DNA of 64,000 nt, from the NCBI GenBank assembly GCA_951406725.2, contig OX597815.1, positions 109,058,001-109,122,000 on the forward strand, given 5' to 3'. Positions within the stretch are counted from its first letter, which is position 1. Each line of letters opens with the position of its first letter. This document shows, one piece after another, positions 56,536 to 64,000 of this stretch. The notes beneath the pieces were generated by a model that searched no databases, was not told the origin of the DNA, and saw only the letters and a list, made by a program, of their open reading frames with translations. The position numbers and the translations under genes were made by a program. The DNA is from Octopus vulgaris (Eukaryota).

Positions 56536-56861
56536 TATTTTTTACTTAAGCTCATAGCTTATTCTTCTATTAAGCTAATATCCTGCACTCCCACAGTAAT
56601 TGATTGACATTTTTGTCTCTTTCTTGTACATCATACATTATGCAGTGTGACAGAGTTTGTCGACGTTTCAGACCAATTTTCTTACTAAGGGTTTGATCGG
56701 CTATAATTAGCATTTCGCTCTTTTGATTCAAGGTCTCTCTTTAGCTGGTTAATTTGGTTGCTCTTTCGATTCCTCTCAGAGCTGATATCATCTTTCGCTA
56801 TATCGGGTAACATTCAGGTGTAGAAGTAAATTTTATAAATATTATTTTCTCTTTATTACAG

Positions 56862-56896
56862 GTTTTGTTGAAGCTCGTGATGTCTTGCATGCGTAG
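56862..56896 (+). CDS. Gene B candidate terminal exon: (G)FVEARDVLHA-stop
   Basis: Strong acceptor attattttctctttattacAG, phase-compatible; lies in the segment that is deleted from the internal duplication units. Confidence 0.45.
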
Positions 56897-56899
56897 CGG

Positions 56900-58220
56900 G
56901 CTTACTACCTGCAGTTTTCGGTACCATGCTATTCGATCTTTTCAGCTATCTAATACTTTCCTGATTATTCTGGCCGTGCCAAGGAGGCAAATCTTTTGTT
57001 AGAGTTCTACTGGGTACCTTACTCCAATTTACTTTATTTTCCTCTACATTCCCTCTCATATTGTTCCCAAGGACCCAACAATAATTGGCACTATCTACAC
57101 CTTCTTCATTTTCCATAGCCGAACTATTTCGTGCTTAAGAGAGTTGTATCTATCTATCATTTTGCTACCTGGTTCTGTTGCAATAACTTATAGTGGTTTT
57201 CGGGCAGGTCTTGAGCATTCGCTTCTCATATGGGCAATGATTTCATCCACTCTATTGCAGATGCAGCACGGCGGGTATATACTTTCTCATTATTCGGATT
57301 GACCCTCCAGTTCGTGGACAGAAGTTGGTTTGGGGCTGCCACAGATGTATTCTCGGTCTCTTTCTTTTGGGTTCCTTCCATCAGCCAGTCCCACTATTTT
57401 TTCCAGCAACTTCTGTTGTGGCGACATGGAGTTGATTCTGACTCCTTGCGTAATTCTTCTTCGTGCCTTTTGCACATCTTTTGTTTTCCCTTTTCTCTGC
57501 TCTCAAAGCTCCCTTGTTCCTAACTCTCATTACCAAGGTTTCGTTACTTTGGGATAGGTACCTCATTTAGCTCTCCAGTTCGATACCCACGCAGTCTTCC
57601 ACACTTATCATTTCCCTTCCTCCATTTGCTCTCTTCGTGTATGTGCGATTAGTGTCTACACATAGATTGTGGGCTCCTTGCATCGTTAGGAGCCTTCTTG
57701 ACTTCCTGCCTATCTCCTTTAGCTCCTCTTCTTTCCACTTCAGGCTCTGAGCACCATACCAAAATACTACGACTGCGAGTGAGTTTATTGCTAACATTCT
57801 GGCATTCAGCTTTGAAGTCAATATTTTTGTCACTCACCGCGACTGCGCATGGGTTTATAGCCAATATTGTGTTTCTGGCATTCACCTTTGAAGCTAATAT
57901 TTTTCTCACTCGCCGCAGGTACTCTCTTTTTGTTTTTTCCTTCATGCCGTGGCGTTGGATTCCATTTACCTTGAGGCAGGTATTTATAGCTAGATTGAGG
58001 TTCAATTACCTTCATTTCACCAATCTGTCTTCGTAAGCTTTCCATTTCTCATCACCATCGCAACACGTTATGAGAGTCCAAACTTCCTTTGAATATTATT
58101 GGATAAAATCTGCAGACTGGACTAAACTGTCTAGTTCTGCCACGATTATTTTTTTGAACAGCTTCAGGTCGTCCATGAATAGCAAGTGCCTTAGTTTTCC
58201 CTTACCTCTTCCCAGCCCAT
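56900..58220 (-). mobile_element. Dong/R4-like LINE fragment (source of the fragments repeated at ~37257, 42245, 43952, 47926)
   Basis: YKYL, EYLRRVRKILASKVNARNTILAIN and RANGGREMISVEDCV motifs; abuts (ATT)n at 58255. Confidence 0.7.
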
Positions 58221-58254
58221 AACTAATTTTTTCTGTAGTGTTTCACTCAAGGGG

Positions 58255-58319
<65 letters not shown>

Positions 58320-58507
58320 CATCATCATCATTATCATTATTATTTTTATTATCATTTTCATTAGCATCTTCTTTCAGTCCTTTTTCCATTTCTTATCGAG
58401 TGTCTTCCTAGGTCAGAGAAACGCACTGTAAACATTGGCAGGCCATTAAAACAAGCATACCAGATTGTTCATTTACAGAGTCATGTGATAGAGAGAAAGT
58501 GGAAGAC

Positions 58508-58579
<72 letters not shown>

Positions 58580-58599
58580 GTTGTTGTAGTTGCTGTTGT

Positions 58600-59047
58600 T
58601 GTTGTTGTTGTTACGAGTACACCAGGTACATGCATCACAACTGTATGTGTTCGATAAGTTGATCTGATATCAAGATAATCAGTACGTCACCTTGTAGATG
58701 GGGTCCAGTTAGAATTTTCTTTAGGTCGAGTAGCCCATCCCGCTCAAAAGCTTCCTAATTTTGAACAAAGCACCTATGTTTCCAAAGGTAAATTGTCCAA
58801 ACCCCAAAGAATTCTTCTCAATACATGACTATGATGCTCCCCCACTACTTCTACTTGTGATTAGAGACGCACATATTGTTAGTCACTAAGGGACATACTC
58901 AACTGGTTGAGGTCAAACAATTGACAAGCAAATCTGTGATATTGAGCAGAATATTTGCAGTAGCTCATCTTTTATACCAATACAATCCATATGATAACAC
59001 TTCCAATCAGTTAAGATGAGACGCCATGAGAGCCACTGCCTAGTACT
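58600..59047 (-). repeat. Non-coding interspersed repeat, second copy at 60470-61025
   Basis: Shared ccccaaagaattc...gagagccactgcct.gtact; both copies abut (ATT)n. Confidence 0.6.
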
Positions 59048-59239
59048 TTATTATTATTGTTATTGTTTTTTTCCTTCTTTCTTCAAATATTCTTCAATTT
59101 CTCGCCGAGTGTTTTCCGTAAACCTAGGGCAGAGAAGTTCACTGTATGCATTTCCAGATTACACACGCAAATTCACAGGTAAAATATGTATTTAAAAAAA
59201 TTAATAAATAAATAAATTCATGAATGGATGTTGTTTTCA

Positions 59240-60465
59240 CAGCGATAATGCTCTTCTCAGTACATGAGTCGTTCCAGTTAACACGATTCGTTGTTAAGGA
59301 GTACCTCATAAAACATGACAGACTAGGGCAGTGCATCCACAAGAATGCTTGTAAATACTACAAATTTAGATACCATAATAAATGGTACAGGCACCATCCA
59401 GAGAAAGTTGTAAATAGCAAGGGCGTCACCGTCCTTTGGAACTTCCCAATATAGACAGACAAAAAAATTTACTTCAGTCGATCAGACATTGTGATCAAGG
59501 ACTACATCAGAGGAACTTATCTGTTAATTGATACGTCTGTCCCACAAGATCAAAATGTCTCAAGAAAGGTATACGAAAATCTTTCTCACTATAAAGATCT
59601 GGAATTGGAATATGATAATACCATTAGTAATTGGTCCGTTGGGAATGATAAAGAAGGAAGTTGAGAAATATATTAAGCTACTCCCTGGTAACTCCAAACT
59701 CCGTGAGATACAAAAGATAACCTTGATGGGTACAGCCCATATACTACAGAAAGCACTCTTCATATAAAATGGAATAAATGCGGTGATAATTTTAGTAAAC
59801 ATAGTAAAACAAAAGTGCCCTTTCTACTCTTGGCCTTCAGTGGATGCCTGGTAATACGGCAGCTGAAATAAAATTATAATGAAAGGAAACCATAAACAAT
59901 AAAAAGAGAAAAGATTGATAAATATGGAGACCTGAGAATCGAGATCGCTAAGAAGTGGTAGCTACGAGAGTCAAACATAAAGGGTATCGCTATTCTGCAC
60001 GAGGAAGTTAGATCCATATTTAAGGACTTTTGCATGGCAGTTTCTGGTAGGTAAGCTCTAATCGCGCGCTGCAATAACAAAACCTTCCATTTCTGCTTCG
60101 AGCGGGTCCAAGTAGTGCTGTTTTCGGCAAGTGCTCCATCCTTATTGCAGTCCATATTTGTTCCACGTACCTCTCGAGATTTTTGCTCACTGTTCCCAGG
60201 GCTCCGACAATTATTGGTACTACTGCTACCTTTTTCGTAGACCACAACTGCTTAACTTCCCAAGCTAACTTGTCATATCTCTCGACTTTTCTTTCTTCCT
60301 TATGGCATACCTTGTTGTCAGCTGGGCATGCTATGTCTATGATCCAGCTTAGTTTGTTTTCTTTCTCAATTAAGACTATGTCCAGCTTCCTATTCTCTAT
60401 CTCATGGTGGCACTGGATCATAAAATCCCACAGAATCTTTGCATTATCATTTTCGATGATGCCTT
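59240..60465. mobile_element. Dong/R4-like 3' (restriction-like endonuclease) fragments in both orientations
   Basis: EYLIKHD..VLWNFPI and IIPLVIGPLG..LQK (+); RKLDIVLIEK..IDIACP..KVERYDKL (-). Confidence 0.7.
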
Positions 60466-61047
60466 ATTACTACTGAGTGAGAGAGCAGTGCATGCCATCA
60501 AAGTGGCACTGAGATAAAAATATACGAAACCCATTATACCCATCATGACTACCCGTCTGATAAGGGTACTCCGGTCTGCTCGAGTCACTGCCATATGTGC
60601 ACAAGGTGACCTTATATCAAGATTAACAACGTATAACCTTGCAGGTGGGGCCCTGGTTAAATTTTCTTCAAGTGGAGTAGCCCATCCAACTCGAAAGGTC
60701 CTTAAATAAGGTTTGTTTGAGGATGATGAACAAAACACCCAACTTTCCAGAGGTGAATTATTCGAACCCCAAAGAATTCCTCTCAACACATGGCTATGAT
60801 GCTCCCTCACTACTTCTGCTCGTGATCAGAGATGCACATATTCTCAGCCACTGAGGGACATGCTCAATCAAATAGTTAAAATCAAGCAATTGACAAGCAA
60901 AATCTGTGGTATTGAGCAGAATATTTGCTGTAGCCCATCTTTTATACCAAGACAAACAATGTACGTGATAACACTTCCAATCAGTTAAGATCAGAAGCCA
61001 TGAGAGCCACTGCCTGGTACTGTATCTCATTATTATTATTATTATTC

Positions 61048-62414
61048 AGTAGTTTTCTTTTTATAGCGTGCTTTCACTTCACTGCCGAGCGCAGCTCTGT
61101 GTGCCTTGGGTATGTGCTGTGATTTGTTGTGATGCTCTGATGGTTATTGTATGGAAAGTGTTCTGCGTAGGATGTGTGCAGTGCCTAGTAGTGCAATTTT
61201 CTGTATGTTATATGTGTTTGTAAGTCCTGGTGTTTTTGTTATGTATTTGTCTGAATATTTTTTTATCATGCCTAATGCACCTACTATGATAGGAATTGTT
61301 TATATCTGGTCTGTTGGCCTTAATTTCTCTATCTGTGTGTATCGGCATATCCCAGAGTATGGTTGCTTTCTCGTTTTCTGTGACCTTTTCTGGTGTGTGC
61401 CTATACCATCTTTTTTCTGTTGTTATTCCATAATGTTGGCATAGCTTAAAATCCCTCTGTTTCTGCTTTGAGTCCTGAGCTTCTCAACCATTGCTGGGAT
61501 TTTTCTTTGTCTATTTCTTTTGCGTTTAGTTTAGTCCAGTATTTACCATGAAGGGGCTTTTCTTGCCATCGTTTTATCATGGTTCGTTGCTGTTCTATTT
61601 TTAGTTTGGATTTCATTTGTTTTGTTGTTTCTTCATCTTCTTCTTCTTCTTCATGTTTATTAGGTGGTATGATTTCTTGTTTGTATTTGTCAGCTTCCTT
61701 AAATACTGAGAACAGTTCTTTGTTTTGCTCGTGTTTTGCCACTATCTGGATCAGTTTTCCTTCCTTCTGAAGTAGTTATTTTTGCAGTCCTATGGTGGTT
61801 ATTTTATAGTAGTTTTCCAGCTGTATAAGGCCTCTACCACCTTCTATACGTTGTATATATAGTCTTTCTATGTCAGATTTTGGGTGATGCATCCTAGATC
61901 CTGTCATTATTTTTCTTGTTTTCCTATCTATTTTGGTCAGTTCATTTCGTGTCCAGTTAAGGATATTGTAGCTGTAACTTATAACTGGGACAGCTAAAGT
62001 GTTGATACCTATTATCTTGTTTTTAGCATTGAGCTCTGTGTTTAGTATTGATCTAACTCGTCTATAATATTCTTTTTTTATTTTCTCTTTCATTTGTGTG
62101 TTGTGTCTTATCTAGTTCATGGATTCTTAAGTATTTGTAAGTTTGGCTTTGGTCTAATTCTTTTATGTCATTGGTTTTATCTAGTGTGATGTTGTTACTC
62201 TTAACTAGTTTTCCTCTTTTCATGGTTACTTTGGCGCATTTTTCTAATCCAAATTTCATATCTATTTCTTTGGTAAATCCATGAACTGTCTTTAATAGTG
62301 TTTCCAGCTGTTTGTCATTTGCAGCGTATAGTTTTAGGTCATCCATATATAAAAGGTGGCTGATCGTTTTGCCGTAACATTTATATCCGCATCCAGTTCT
62401 ATTTAGCATATCAG
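61048..62414 (-). mobile_element. 5'-truncated, internally deleted Dong/R4-like LINE
   Basis: HLLYMDDLKLYA, FGLEKCA, HHPKSDIERLYI..GGRGL, EKPLHG and LKAETEG motifs; bounded by (ATT)n on both sides. Confidence 0.85.
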
Positions 62415-62489
<75 letters not shown>

Positions 62490-62492
<3 letters not shown>

Positions 62493-64000
62493 TAGTTTTA
62501 TTTTATATAGCGTGCTTTCACTTCACTACCGAGCGCATCTCTGTGTGCCTTGGGTATTTGTTGTGATTTGTTGTGATGCTCTGATGGTTATTGTATGGAA
62601 AGTGTGTTCTGCGTAGGATGTGTGCAGTGCCTAGTAGTGCAATTTTCTGTATGTTATATGTGTTTGTAAGTCCTGGTGTTTTTGTTATGTATTTGTCTGA
62701 ATATTTTTTTATCATGCCTAATGCACCTACTATGATAGGAATTGTTTCTGTCTTTAGATTCCACATTCTGGTTACCTCAATTTCCAGGTCTTTGTATTTT
62801 GAGAGTTTCTCCATTTCTTTTAGAGACACGTTGTCATCTGCCGGTATTGATACATCATTTAGAAAGCATTTTTTTCTTCATGATCTCTGACAACTATATC
62901 TGGTCTGTTGGCCTTAATTTCTCTATCTGTGTGTATCGGCATATCCCAGAGTATGGTTGCTTTCTCGTTTTCTGTGACCTTTTCTGGTGTGTGCCTATAC
63001 CATCTTTTTTCTGTTGTTATTCCATAATGTTGACATAGCTTCCAGTGTATGTAGGTTCTAACTCTGTCATGTCTGTGAATATATTCCTTCTTAGCCAGGA
63101 CTGGGCAGCCAGAGATAATATGATTTATTGTTTCTTGTCCATCTCCACATATTCTGCAGTTACTTGTAATATTTCTTTTCATTACATGTTTTTGGTAATT
63201 TCTGGTGGGGAGGCTTTGGTCTTGTGCTGCAATTTAAAAATCCCTCTGTTTCTGCTTTGAGTCCTGAGCTTCTCAACCATTGCTGGGATTTTTCTTTGTC
63301 TATTTCTTTTGCGTTTAGTTTAGTCCAGTATTTACCATGAAGGGGCTTTTCTTGCCATCGTTTTATCATGGTTCGTTGCTGTTCTATTTTTAGTTTGGAT
63401 TTCATTTGTTTTATAGCTTTTGTTGTTTCTTCATCTTCTTCTTCTTCTTTATATTTGTTAGGTGGTATGATTTCTCGTTTGTATTTGTCAGCTTCCTTAA
63501 ATACTGAGAACAGTGTTTTGTTTTGCTCGTGTTTTGCCGCTATCTGGATCAGTTTTCCTTCCTTCTGAAGTAGATATTTTTGCAGTCCTATGGTGGTTAT
63601 TTTATAGTAGTTTTCCAGCTGTATAAGGCCTCTACCACCTTCTATACGTTATATATATAGTCTTTCTATGTCAAATTTTGGGTGATGCATCCTAGATCCT
63701 GTCATTATTTTTCTTGTTTTCCTATCTATTTTGGTCAGTTCATTTAGTGTCCAGTTAAGGATATTGTAGCTGTAACTTATAACTGGGACAGCTAAAGTGT
63801 TGATACCTATTATCTTGTTTTTAGCATTGAGCTCTGTTTTTAGTATTGATCTAACTCGTCTATAATATTCTTTTTTTATTTTCTCTTTCATTTGTGTGTG
63901 TTGTGTCTTATCTAGTTCATGGATTCCTAAGTATTTGTAAGTTTGGCTTTGGTCTAATTCTTTTATTTCATTGGTTTTATCTGGTGTGATGTTGCTACTC
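62490..64000 (-). mobile_element. Young Dong/R4-like LINE 3' part (runs off the window)
   Basis: CRICGDGQETINHIISGC..RHD, ILWDMPIHTDREIKANRPDIV and EKLSKYKDL (CCHC + restriction-like endonuclease); 3' end joins (TAA)n. Confidence 0.88.

Overview
AT-rich, microsatellite- and transposon-dense eukaryotic DNA; the SINE/LINE/microsatellite repertoire looks like an octopus-type cephalopod genome (inference). The ORF track is mostly microsatellite noise and misses the real genes, which are built from short GT-AG exons. (1) Two tandem paralogous + strand genes for Cys-rich proteins. The 3' end of gene A lies at 929-4384. Gene B (18600-~56896) has a signal-peptide exon, a 48-nt exon, and an array of eight phase-1/phase-1 module exons (GC-x5-C-x3-G-x7/8-C-x4-C), expanded by tandem duplication of exon+intron blocks. 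The exon copies are far more divergent than their introns, and every differing codon in the three pairs I compared changes the amino acid. (2) A near full-length 5.2-kb Tx1/L1-clade LINE (26495-31726, minus strand, 14-bp TSD) is inserted just upstream of a type-I hammerhead ribozyme inside a ~350-nt retrozyme/Penelope-pLTR-like monomer. A second LINE 3' end joins the same site in a different monomer copy, and an empty site is also present, which suggests target-site specificity. (3) At least four other hammerhead-bearing inserts lie in (TA)n tracts. The window also holds mariner/Tc1 relics, MITEs, non-autonomous Helitrons, a Penelope GIY-YIG relic, CR1-like and Dong/R4-like LINE fragments, and many tRNA-derived SINEs.
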